Positions 10,699 through 19,791 of a stretch of 64,000 nt of DNA are shown here, in pieces. Location: assembly GCA_016195085.1 (NCBI GenBank), contig JACQAG010000071.1:63093-127092 (forward strand), in the 5' to 3' direction. This DNA is from Pseudomonadota bacterium. GTDB taxonomy: Bacteria > Pseudomonadota > Alphaproteobacteria > SHVZ01. A program made the translations under genes and the position numbers. Position 1 is the first letter of the stretch. Each line of letters opens with the position of its first letter. The notes below the pieces were generated by a model, which saw nothing but the letters and a program-made list of their open reading frames with translations, did not search any database and was not told where the DNA came from.

Positions 10699-12135
10699 AT
10701 GGGTGGCGAGATCCGTTTCCTGCTGAACGGCGCCCCGCGGCGTCTCGCGGATGTGGCGCCGACGACGACGGTGCTCGACTATCTGCGTGGTGCGGAGCGC
10801 GCCTGCGGCACCAAGGAGGGCTGTGCCGAGGGCGATTGCGGCGCCTGCACGATCGCCCTCGGCGAGCCGGCGGGAATGGGGATCCGTTGGCGCGCGATCA
10901 ATGCCTGCGTCGCTTTCCTGCCGCAGATCGACGGTACGATCCTGCTGACCGTCGAGGGCCTCGCCGGGCGGAGCTCGCTTCACCCGGTTCAACAGGCGAT
11001 GGTCGACAATGAGGGCAGCCAATGCGGATTTTGCACACCCGGCTTCGTCATGGCGCTCTTCGCCTTCCAGCATGGCGGCGAGGCGGCCGATGAGGAGGCG
11101 GTGCACGAGGCGCTCGCCGGCAATCTCTGTCGTTGCACCGGTTATCGGCCAATTGTCGCCGCGGCGCGCCAGATCGCCGGCAAGCCGGACCGGTTCGATG
11201 CGGCGGAATCGGCGCTGCTGGACGCGCTGGCGCCGCTCCGCCGCACCGAGGAGATCGCGCTCAAGCATGGCGGCGAGAGCTTCTTCGCGCCGGCCTCGCT
11301 CGATCGGCTGCTCGCGTTGCGGGCAGAGCGGCCCGCGGCGCATCTCCTCGCGGGCGGCACCGACCTCGCGCTTCTGGTGACCAAGGACTATCGTGCGCTG
11401 GAGAGCGTCATCCTGGTGACGCGCGTGCCGGAGCTGCGCGAGATCAAGGTCGAGGCCGATGCCCTCACGCTCGGCGCCGCCGTGACCTATACCGACGCCC
11501 TGCCGGTCATCGAGCGCCATTGGCCGTCCTTGGCACGCCTGGTCAAGCGGATCGGCTCCCGTCAGATCCGCAATCTCGGCACGATCGGCGGCAACATCGC
11601 CAATGCCTCGCCGATCGGTGACATGCCGCCGGGCCTCATCGCGCTTGGGGCCACGGTCGCCCTGCGCTCCCGCACCGGGCGCCGCGTGCTGCCGCTCGAA
11701 GACTTCTTCCTCGACTATCGCCGGACCGCCCTGGCCAAGGACGAGATCGTCGAGGCCGTGCGCATCCCGCTGCCGCACGGGGAGCAGTTTCGCACCTATA
11801 AGATCGCCAAGCGCTGGGACCAGGACATCTCGGCGGTCTGCGGCGCCTACAGCATCACCCTCGACGGCAGCCGCATCGCTGCCGCGCGCATCGTCTATGG
11901 CGGCATGGCGGCGACGCCGCGCCGGGCGTTGCGGGCGGAGCATGCGCTGATCGGTCGGGCGTGGAGCGAAGCGGCCGTCGAGATGGCCGCGGCGGCGCTG
12001 GCCGAAGATTTCCACCCGATCGGCGACTGGCGCGCCAGCGCGGCCTATCGCACGCAGGTCGCCGGCAACTTGCTGCGGCGGTTCTGGCTCGAGACGGTGC
12101 GTTCCGACCTTCCGCTCGATGTGATGGCGCTATGA
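10699..12135 (+). CDS. xdhA: Xanthine dehydrogenase small subunit XdhA (2Fe-2S, FAD-binding)
   Basis: Ferredoxin cysteines CGTKEGCAEGDCGACT and CGFCTPGF; NLCRCTGYRPI; FAD-binding domain. Confidence 0.85.
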   Translation: MGGEIRFLLNGAPRRLADVAPTTTVLDYLRGAERACGTKEGCAEGDCGACTIALGEPAGMGIRWRAINACVAFLPQIDGTILLTVEGLAGRSSLHPVQQAMVDNEGSQCGFCTPGFVMALFAFQHGGEAADEEAVHEALAGNLCRCTGYRPIVAAARQIAGKPDRFDAAESALLDALAPLRRTEEIALKHGGESFFAPASLDRLLALRAERPAAHLLAGGTDLALLVTKDYRALESVILVTRVPELREIKVEADALTLGAAVTYTDALPVIERHWPSLARLVKRIGSRQIRNLGTIGGNIANASPIGDMPPGLIALGATVALRSRTGRRVLPLEDFFLDYRRTALAKDEIVEAVRIPLPHGEQFRTYKIAKRWDQDISAVCGAYSITLDGSRIAAARIVYGGMAATPRRALRAEHALIGRAWSEAAVEMAAAALAEDFHPIGDWRASAAYRTQVAGNLLRRFWLETVRSDLPLDVMAL

Positions 12136-14495
12136 GCGAGACTCCGACCGGCGGCATCTCCGGCGCTCCCGGCACGCCCAGGCCTCACGACAGCGCCAGG
12201 CTCCATGTCGCCGGCACCGCACGTTTCATCGACGACATGCCCGAGCCGCCGGGCCTTCTGCATTGCAAGCTGGTGGTAAGCTCGCACGCCCATGCCCGCA
12301 TCCTCGGCATCGACGCCACGGCGGCGCTGGCGCACCCCGGCGTCGCTGCTGTGCTGAGCGCGGCGGACATTCCCGGCGTCAATGACATCGCCCCGATCCT
12401 CAAGGACGAGCCATGCCTCGCCGCGGGGATCGCGGCGTATGCGGGTCAGGCTGTCGCGATCGTCGCGGCCGAGAGCCTCGCGGCAGCGCGGCAGGCGGCA
12501 AAGTGCGTCGCGGTCGACTACGCGGAGCTGCCGGCGACGCTCACGATCGAGGCGGCGCTCGCCGCGGAGAGCTACGTGGCGCCGCCGCAGATCATGCAGC
12601 GCGGCGATCCTGCCGGCGCGCTCGCCGCCGCGCCCCACCGCCTGACCGGGCGGCTCCGCACCGGCGGACAAGATCATTTCTATCTCGAAGGGCAGGTTGC
12701 GCTGGCGATCCCGCGCGAGGACGGCGGCATGCTGGTCTACAGCTCGACGCAGCATCCGACCGAGGTGCAGCACGGCGTCGCCCATTTGCTGAGCCTGCCC
12801 AACGCCGCGGTGACGGTCGAGGTGCGGCGAATGGGCGGCGCCTTCGGCGGCAAGGAGAGCCAGGCGACGCAGATCGCCGGGATGGCGGCGCTCGTCGCCC
12901 TGCGGACCGGACGACCGGCAAAGCTGCGCCTGGCGCGCGACGACGATATGATCGTGACGGGAAAGCGCCACGACTTCCTCCTCGACTGGGAAATCGGCTT
13001 CGACGCGGAGGGGCGCATTCTCGCCCTCGACATGCGCCTGGCCGCGCGCGCCGGCAATGTCGCCGATCTGTCGCCCGCGGTGCTGGGCCGCGCGCTCTGC
13101 CATGTCGACAACGTGTATTTCCTCCCTCATGTCCGGCTCAGCGGCTATGCCTGCAAGACCAACACCGTGTCGAACACTGCCTTCCGCGGCTTCGGCGGCC
13201 CGCAGGGAATGATCGGGACGGAGGTCATGATCGAAGAGATCGCCCGCCACCGGCAGCTTCCAATCGCGACGGTGCGGGAACGCAACTATTACGGAGCGCC
13301 GCCGCGTGCGACGACGCCCTATGGCCAGTCGGTCACGGACAACATCATCGCACCTTTGACGGCGAAGCTGGCGGCGAGCGCCGCGCTCGCCGAGCGCCGC
13401 GCCGCCATCGACGCCTTCAACCGGACGAGCCCGGTGATCCGCAAGGGGCTTGCGACCTTCGCCGTCAAATTCGGCATTTCCTTCAACCTCCCGACGCTCA
13501 ACCAGGCGGGCGCCCTCGTGCACGTCTATACCGACGGCAGCGTCCTTCTCAATCACGGCGGCACCGAGATGGGGCAGGGGCTGTTCGTCAAGGTCGCACA
13601 GGTGGTCGCCGATGTTTTCCAGATCGACATCGAGCGAATCCAGGTTAGCGCCACGGCGACCGACAAGGTGCCGAACACTTCGGCCACCGCCGCCTCCTCG
13701 GGCTCCGATCTCAACGGCATGGCGGCCTACAATGCGGCGATCGAGATCCGCGGCCGCATGGCTCATGTCGCCGCGGCCGAGCTTGATGTGTCGATCGATC
13801 GGATCGTCTTTTCACAAAACCGCGTCCATGGCGGCGGCCGGTCGATGCGCTTCGCCGAGCTGGCCAAGCTCGCCTGGAGCCAGCGCGTCTCGCTTTCGGC
13901 GACCGGCTTCTACCGCACGCCAAAGCTTTCTTGGGACCGCGCGCGCCTGCGGGGCAGGCCCTTCTATTATTTCGCTTATGGCGTCGCCGCCTCGGAGGTC
14001 GCGATCGACTGCCTGACCGGCGAGCACCGTGTGCTGCGCACCGATATCGTCCATGACTGCGGCCGCTCGCTCAACCCGGCGATTGATCGCGGTCAGATCG
14101 AAGGCGGCTTCGTCCAGGGCATGGGCTGGCTGACGATGGAGGAGCTGTGGTGGGACGAGAAGGGGCATCTTAGGACCCATGCTCCCTCGACCTACAAAAT
14201 TCCCGGCAGCCGTGACGTACCCGTGGATTTCCGTGTCCACATTCTCGAGGACTCGCCCAACACGGAGCCGACCATCTTCCGCTCCAAGGCCGTCGGCGAG
14301 CCGCCGCTGATGCTGGCGATCTCCGTCTGGCTTGCCTTGCGCGACGCCGTCGCGAGCCTCTCCGACCACCAGTCTCCCGTCCATCTCGACGCTCCGGCGA
14401 CGCCCGAGCGCATCCTTGCTGCCGTCACCGAAATGCGCGAGCGTGCGGCGGCACCGATCGCGCCCGCTCAGGCAACCGAGCCGGTCCCGGCGTGA
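12132..14495 (+). CDS. xdhB: Xanthine dehydrogenase molybdopterin-binding subunit XdhB
   Basis: ATG overlaps the xdhA stop (ATGA). Typical MoCo-subunit motifs (GGAFGGKE, FRGFGGPQG, C-terminal VGEPP). Confidence 0.85.
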   Translation: MSETPTGGISGAPGTPRPHDSARLHVAGTARFIDDMPEPPGLLHCKLVVSSHAHARILGIDATAALAHPGVAAVLSAADIPGVNDIAPILKDEPCLAAGIAAYAGQAVAIVAAESLAAARQAAKCVAVDYAELPATLTIEAALAAESYVAPPQIMQRGDPAGALAAAPHRLTGRLRTGGQDHFYLEGQVALAIPREDGGMLVYSSTQHPTEVQHGVAHLLSLPNAAVTVEVRRMGGAFGGKESQATQIAGMAALVALRTGRPAKLRLARDDDMIVTGKRHDFLLDWEIGFDAEGRILALDMRLAARAGNVADLSPAVLGRALCHVDNVYFLPHVRLSGYACKTNTVSNTAFRGFGGPQGMIGTEVMIEEIARHRQLPIATVRERNYYGAPPRATTPYGQSVTDNIIAPLTAKLAASAALAERRAAIDAFNRTSPVIRKGLATFAVKFGISFNLPTLNQAGALVHVYTDGSVLLNHGGTEMGQGLFVKVAQVVADVFQIDIERIQVSATATDKVPNTSATAASSGSDLNGMAAYNAAIEIRGRMAHVAAAELDVSIDRIVFSQNRVHGGGRSMRFAELAKLAWSQRVSLSATGFYRTPKLSWDRARLRGRPFYYFAYGVAASEVAIDCLTGEHRVLRTDIVHDCGRSLNPAIDRGQIEGGFVQGMGWLTMEELWWDEKGHLRTHAPSTYKIPGSRDVPVDFRVHILEDSPNTEPTIFRSKAVGEPPLMLAISVWLALRDAVASLSDHQSPVHLDAPATPERILAAVTEMRERAAAPIAPAQATEPVPA

Positions 14496-14656
14496 ATCCT
14501 CGTCGTCGGCGCTCGAGCGTATCGAGCGCGCGCCGGCTGCTGCGGAGGTAGGATCAACCTGAGGCGCTCCCCGAGAGCGCCCCGGGGAATTGACCGCTGC
14601 CGGACCCGCCCCTATCGTTCTCCCCGCGTCACCCCAGTGGGAAGGAAGCATCTGCC

Positions 14657-15595
14657 ATGAAGACCTCTCCGGTCGCGCTGGCCGATCTGTCGAACTCGGT
14701 CATGGCCGTATTGCCCCTGGGGCGCCATGGCGATCTGTCGATCGACAAGCCGGAGAACACCCGGCTCATCCGCCATGTGGAAGCCGGCGGCGTCAGCACG
14801 CTCCTCTATGGCGGCAACGCCAATTTCTATCATGTCGGCCTCTACGAGTTCGCCGGCATCCTCGATTTCCTGGCGGAGGCCGCAGCACCGGGAAGCTGGG
14901 TCATTCCCTCCGTCGGTCCGGATTTCGGCAAGATGCTGGACCAGGCCGACGTGCTTAGGAGCCGCGCATTTCCGACCGCCATGGTGATGCCGCCGGCCGC
15001 GCCGATGACCCAGGCCGGCGTCGAGGCGGGGGTGCAGAGCTTCGCCACGCGCTTCGGCCGTCCGGTCATCCTCTATATCAAGAGCGAGGGCCAGATCGCG
15101 CCCGAAGGTGTGAAGCGCCTCGTCGATGCGGGCGTGATCGCCGCGGTCAAATACGCAATCGCCCGCTCCGATCCGAAGGAGGACCGGTATCTCCAGCGCC
15201 TGGTCCATCTCATCGACCGCAAGAGCATCGTCAGCGGCATGGGCGAGCGGCCGGCGCTGGTGCATATGCGCGACTTCGATCTCGCCGGCTTCACTTCGGG
15301 CTCGGTATGCATCGCGCCCCGCAGCGCGCGGGCGATGCTGCAGGCTTGCCGGCGCAAGGACTGGGCCGCGGCCGAGCGGCTGCGCCAGTTCTTCATCCCG
15401 CTCGAAGATTTCCGCGAGAAGCTCAGCTTCATCACCGTGCTGCACGAGGCCGTGACCTTGTCGGGGATTGCCGATATGGGCGTGGTGTTGCCGCTCTTGA
15501 GCAATCTCGAGCCGCAGCATCACTTCGCGCTGAAGAAGCTGGTGACCGCGCTCATCGCTTCCGATCGGGCGGCAGCCGCGGCAGCGGCGGCCTGA
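14657..15595 (+). CDS. DHDPS/NAL-family protein, possibly 5-dehydro-4-deoxyglucarate dehydratase (KdgD-like)
   Basis: DapA-family fold by sequence feel (GVSTLLYGGNANFYHV...VKYAIAR). Assignment to KdgD is inference from the adjacent uronate dehydrogenase. Confidence 0.55.
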   Translation: MKTSPVALADLSNSVMAVLPLGRHGDLSIDKPENTRLIRHVEAGGVSTLLYGGNANFYHVGLYEFAGILDFLAEAAAPGSWVIPSVGPDFGKMLDQADVLRSRAFPTAMVMPPAAPMTQAGVEAGVQSFATRFGRPVILYIKSEGQIAPEGVKRLVDAGVIAAVKYAIARSDPKEDRYLQRLVHLIDRKSIVSGMGERPALVHMRDFDLAGFTSGSVCIAPRSARAMLQACRRKDWAAAERLRQFFIPLEDFREKLSFITVLHEAVTLSGIADMGVVLPLLSNLEPQHHFALKKLVTALIASDRAAAAAAAA

Positions 15596-15596
15596 G

Positions 15597-16397
15597 ATGG
15601 CGGCAAAGCCGATCCTCTTGACCGGTGCGGCGGGCGCGCTCGGCCGCTATCTCCGGCCGAAGCTGATCGAGGCCTATGGCCGCTTGCGCAGCGCCGACAA
15701 GGTGAGCTTCGCGCCGGCGCTCAATGGCGAGGAGCAGGTCGTCTGCGACCTCCACGATCTCGCGGCGGTCGAGCGCATGGTCGAGGGCACGGAAGCGATC
15801 CTGCATTTCGGCGCCTATTCCGTCGAGGCCGATTGGGAGACGATCCTCCACTCCAACATCATCGGCACCTACAACGTCTTCGAGGCGGCACGGCGCAAAG
15901 GTATCAAGCGCCTGGTCTTCGCCTCCTCCAACCACGCCATCGGCTTTCACACCGTCGAGACCAGGCTCGATGCCACCTCGCTGCAGAAGCCGGACAGCTA
16001 TTACGGCGTCTCCAAGGCGTTCGGCGAGGATCTCGGCAGCCTCTATGTCGACAAGCACAACCTCGAGGTCGCCTGCCTCAGGATCGGCTCCTGCTTGCCC
16101 GAGCCGAAGGAGGCTCGCCATCTCTCGACCTGGCTCAGCTATCCCGATTTGCTTCGCCTCATCCAAGCTTGTCTGGAGGCGCCGTTCCTCGGCTTCACCA
16201 TCATGTACGGCATGTCCAACAACACCAGAAGCTGGTGGGACAATTCGCTCTCGCCCCATGTCGCCTACCGGCCAGAGGACAATGCCGAGACCTACGCCAA
16301 GCAGATCCTGAGCCATGGCGATCCGCGGCCGGAAGGCGATCCGGCGCGCCGCTTCCATGGCGGCCCGTTCACCAGCGACGGCTACGTCCGGCGCTGA
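15597..16397 (+). CDS. udh: Uronate dehydrogenase (NAD-dependent epimerase/dehydratase fold)
   Basis: Strong resemblance to Agrobacterium/Pseudomonas Udh: LLTGAAGALG, VFASSNHAIGFH, YGVSKAFGEDL, RIGSCLPEP, STWLSYPD, WWDNS. Start 1 bp after the upstream stop. Confidence 0.75.
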   Translation: MAAKPILLTGAAGALGRYLRPKLIEAYGRLRSADKVSFAPALNGEEQVVCDLHDLAAVERMVEGTEAILHFGAYSVEADWETILHSNIIGTYNVFEAARRKGIKRLVFASSNHAIGFHTVETRLDATSLQKPDSYYGVSKAFGEDLGSLYVDKHNLEVACLRIGSCLPEPKEARHLSTWLSYPDLLRLIQACLEAPFLGFTIMYGMSNNTRSWWDNSLSPHVAYRPEDNAETYAKQILSHGDPRPEGDPARRFHGGPFTSDGYVRR

Positions 16398-16819
16398 GCT
16401 CAAGCACCGCGCTGATTCGGTCACGAGTGTTCCTCTGGCCCGATTGAGATGCCGGCCGAAGCGCCGGCGGCAGTCCGCGGGGCCGCCTCCCCCATGCTTT
16501 TGCTGCTCTGCCAGGCCGGGCCTTCGCGGGCGCAACATATGCTAGCCTGCAATGCTCACCCGCTATTCCTAGTAGGTCGGACAATGCTCGACAGTTTTTG
16601 GTAAAACTCGTGCATTAATCAAGTAACCATCGGCAAGCGTCCCGATAGGCGACAACCTTGATCGGACTAAGAAAATTCATCCGTTTTTCTTGAAGAGAAT
16701 TAGTTGAACAGATATAAACCTCGAAATGGGGTGTCACCTGTTTCAGTTGTTCAGCCGGTAATAGTTGAAACCTTCCGGTGCAGCGGGGCAGTGCGGATGT
16801 TTGACGAGGTTGTAGCCTG

Positions 16820-18142
16820 ATGGGCGGTGTGGCGGGGCAGCAGAACGAAGAGCCGAAACGGTTCGTCAGGATCGACGACGACGCGCTCAAGGACGCCCTC
16901 GACTGCCATCTGCGCTTCATCAAGGGTGCGCGCGGCGGACGGCGCGCGACCCTCGCCCGGCGCGATCTTTCGAACCGCGACCTGACCGGGGTCAATCTCG
17001 CCGGCGCCGATTTGACCGGGGCCAAGCTCGCCGGCACCAAGCTTACCCGGGCCGCCCTGGCCAATGTCATCCTGTTCGGCGCCGATCTGCGCTCCATCAC
17101 CGCGCAAGGGATTGACCTGACCAAGGCGGATCTGCGCGGTGCCTGCCTCAGCGGCGCCGATCTCACCAATGCGATCCTGACCGAAGCCGACATGCGCGAG
17201 GGCGAGGTAGCTTATGTCGAGGAAGGCGACCTCACCACGAACCGGCAGAAGCTCACCCCCTCCGACATGACGGCCGCGGTGATGCGGCGGGCGGATCTGA
17301 GCCGCGCCCGCTTCTCCAAGGCCTCCGGCGCGCAGGTCGATCTGAGCGACGCGGTGCTGCGCGGCGCGCGCATGAATGGCGCCGATTTGCGCAACGCCAA
17401 TTTGACCGGCGCCATCCTGGTGCAGGCGGACCTGACCGATTCCAATTTGAGCGGCGCCACGTTGTTCGGTGCGGTTCTGACCGACTCGACCTTGACCCGC
17501 GCCGACGTGACCGGCGCCAAGCTGTTCGGCACCATCATGAACGGCGACATCAGCAAATCCGGCGCCAAGGGCACGCCGGTGAAGCCGGGAACGCCGCCGC
17601 CGAAGCCGATCGCCGAGATGATCGCGGCGCACCTGGAATGGGTGGAATCCGGCGGCGCCAAGGGGGTCCGCCTGGAGCTTCCGGGCGCCGATCTGAAGGG
17701 TGCGGATTTCCGCGACGCCAACCTCGCCGGCGCCAAGCTCACCGGGGCCGAGCTGGCGCGCGCGAATTTCAGCGGCGCCAGGCTGCTTTTTGCCGATTTC
17801 GGCTTCTGCGACATGCGCGATGCGAAGCTGCGTCGCGCCGATCTGCGCGGCGCCGATTTCAGCCGCGCGTTTGCTGGCGGCGCCGATCTGAGCGAGGCCA
17901 TCCTCGGGCTCCATGGCAAGGGTTCGAGCGATCCGGTGAGACCGACCAAGCTCACCAAGGCCCGGCTGTGGAGCGTGCGCCTCAAGGGTGCGCATCTCTG
18001 CCGCGTCGATTTGAGCGGCGTCGACCTGACCGGCGCCGACTTGACCCAGGCCGATCTGCGCGAAGCCGATCTGCGCGGCGCCACGGTGACGCCCGAGCAG
18101 CTGGCGGTGGCGATCACCACCCTCTCCGGCACCGCCGACTGA
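16820..18142 (+). CDS. Pentapeptide-repeat protein (two large repeat blocks, 440 aa)
   Basis: Dozens of A(D/N)LxG-type pentapeptides (ADLTGAKLAGTKLTRAALANVILFGADL...). Each repeat block is preceded by an HLxW/FxxSGG helix. Confidence 0.8.
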   Translation: MGGVAGQQNEEPKRFVRIDDDALKDALDCHLRFIKGARGGRRATLARRDLSNRDLTGVNLAGADLTGAKLAGTKLTRAALANVILFGADLRSITAQGIDLTKADLRGACLSGADLTNAILTEADMREGEVAYVEEGDLTTNRQKLTPSDMTAAVMRRADLSRARFSKASGAQVDLSDAVLRGARMNGADLRNANLTGAILVQADLTDSNLSGATLFGAVLTDSTLTRADVTGAKLFGTIMNGDISKSGAKGTPVKPGTPPPKPIAEMIAAHLEWVESGGAKGVRLELPGADLKGADFRDANLAGAKLTGAELARANFSGARLLFADFGFCDMRDAKLRRADLRGADFSRAFAGGADLSEAILGLHGKGSSDPVRPTKLTKARLWSVRLKGAHLCRVDLSGVDLTGADLTQADLREADLRGATVTPEQLAVAITTLSGTAD

Positions 18143-18201
18143 TCTCCGCGAGGCGGCGATCGGCGCCCGAGATGCGCGGACTTTAGGTTGAATTCCATAT
18201 A

Positions 18202-18217
18202 TTAATCAAACGTTAAG
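18202..18217 (+). promoter_or_regulatory. CtrA-box-like motif TTAA-N7-TTAAG upstream of the PilZ gene
   Basis: TTAATCAAACGTTAAG located 70-85 bp upstream of the ATG at 18287. A GTAACCAT 8-mer-like half-site also occurs at about 16624..16631, upstream of the pentapeptide gene. Confidence 0.3.
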
Positions 18218-18286
18218 CGGGTTACGCGAGCATGTCCGTATGACCTCCGAGAAGCGGAGGAGTGGTGACGGCATTGCGAGGTAGCC

Positions 18287-19102
18287 ATGGCGGTAGCAGT
18301 ACAATCCGCGCAATCGCGCCAAGAGCTCGAGCAAGCGCTGGTCAAGCGGGCCGAGGCCGAGTTCGAGAAGATGATCGGCGATGCGGCAAACGGCAATCCC
18401 GATGCCGTCGAGCGCAAATCCAACCGTGTGGCCGAGATCGCCAAGGACAAGGCGTTCCCGATGGCGCGGCGAAAGGAGTTCCAGGACCGCTGCAAGCTCT
18501 TGCTGCGGCAAGCCTACGAGATGAGCGTGAATCTCTTTCTCGACGACGCCAATGGTGCCGTCAGGGCGGGCGACGAGGAGCGCAAGAACAAGCTCATCAC
18601 CAAGGCCAAGGAGCACTACTCCATGGCGCTGCGCGCCGGCGCTGATGAGGACTTCAAGCTCGCGGTCAAGCGCAAGCTGGAGATGATCGGCATGACCAGC
18701 CCCGCCGGCACCAGCGAGAAGGCGAAGAAGGCGGCTGAGGACGAGGCGGCGAAGCCGCAGCCCGTCTCCAAGGCTCCGAACGGGGTCGAGCGCCGACGCG
18801 CCATCCGCTACAACGATCCGCTGGTCACCGCGACCATCGCCGGCACCAGCTACAAGACGGTGAACTGGTCGATCCGCGGCCTCTTGATCGAGGCCTATCA
18901 GGGTCCGCTGGCGGTCGGCGACAAGGTCACCATCGGCGTCTCTTGGGAAGGCAGCAAGGAGGCGGGGCTGTCGCCGGCGCGCGTCGTACGCCGGGACGCG
19001 GAAGCCGGCCTGATCGCCGTCGAGTTCAACGGCATCGACGGCAACATGCTGCGTTTGGCCCACGCCATGCGCCTGCAGGAGATCGCACCCTCGCCGGAAT
19101 GA
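18287..19102 (+). CDS. PilZ-domain protein with N-terminal Lys/Glu-rich helical domain
   Basis: C-terminal PilZ signatures RRRAIRYN (RxxxR) and NWSIRGLLIE (D/NxSxxG); GAGGTAG SD before the ATG. Confidence 0.65.
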   Translation: MAVAVQSAQSRQELEQALVKRAEAEFEKMIGDAANGNPDAVERKSNRVAEIAKDKAFPMARRKEFQDRCKLLLRQAYEMSVNLFLDDANGAVRAGDEERKNKLITKAKEHYSMALRAGADEDFKLAVKRKLEMIGMTSPAGTSEKAKKAAEDEAAKPQPVSKAPNGVERRRAIRYNDPLVTATIAGTSYKTVNWSIRGLLIEAYQGPLAVGDKVTIGVSWEGSKEAGLSPARVVRRDAEAGLIAVEFNGIDGNMLRLAHAMRLQEIAPSPE

Positions 19103-19791
19103 GCGCGCTCGAGCGCTGGCGGCGGAGGATCGGCGGGACCCAGCTTTGCTACGGTCGCGCGGCCATGGAGCCGCACGCCGTCAGCCATCTCCCGCATGCC
19201 GGCGATCATGACTTCGACCGAGGCCTTGTTCGAGGCATGGTCGCTGTTGCCGCCGAGCCAGACGAGCGCGGCCAGGCCGAACAGCCCCAAGACTTCCCGA
19301 TCGAGCTGCATGAGCGCCTCACCGTCGCCCGCAGCGATAGGCCGCGCCACCCCGCGGCTCGAACGGACGCCGCGGGGACTTCCCCCGAGCTCCGCTGCCG
19401 ATGCCACGCGGAGCCGCCGCTCGCCGGCACCCAAAGGCGCGGTACGCGGGATCGGCTCCGGCGCGGTGCCTTCACCCGGGTCGGAGGCCTGTATCAGCAC
19501 CGCCCACGAGACGGCGGATCGCTTCTTCGCCGCGGGCGCATCGGCCACGGTCGAGGCGGTCGAGAGCACGAGCATCAACAGCAGTGATTCGACGAGCCTC
19601 CTTGCGAGGATGGCGCTGCCAGCCATGTGCGTTCCCCCCCGGGCATCCCTCCGCACAGTGGCGATCCGATGTTCTGAGTCGAATGCACCTCACGACGGGT
19701 AGACGGCGATTGCGTATCTCCCCGACTGTCCCCACACGGTCTCGTCTCCAGATGCGCTGAGTCTAAACCTGGCCGCCAGCGAAATATGCGT

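Noticed and set aside
18898-19656. 252-aa minus-strand ORF with an N-terminal signal-peptide-like segment, considered as a CDS feature
   Set aside because: It overlaps about 205 bp of the PilZ gene's 3' end antisense, and after the first ~60 codons becomes R/S/A/P-rich low complexity. It is kept only as a finding (possible decayed gene), not as an annotated feature.
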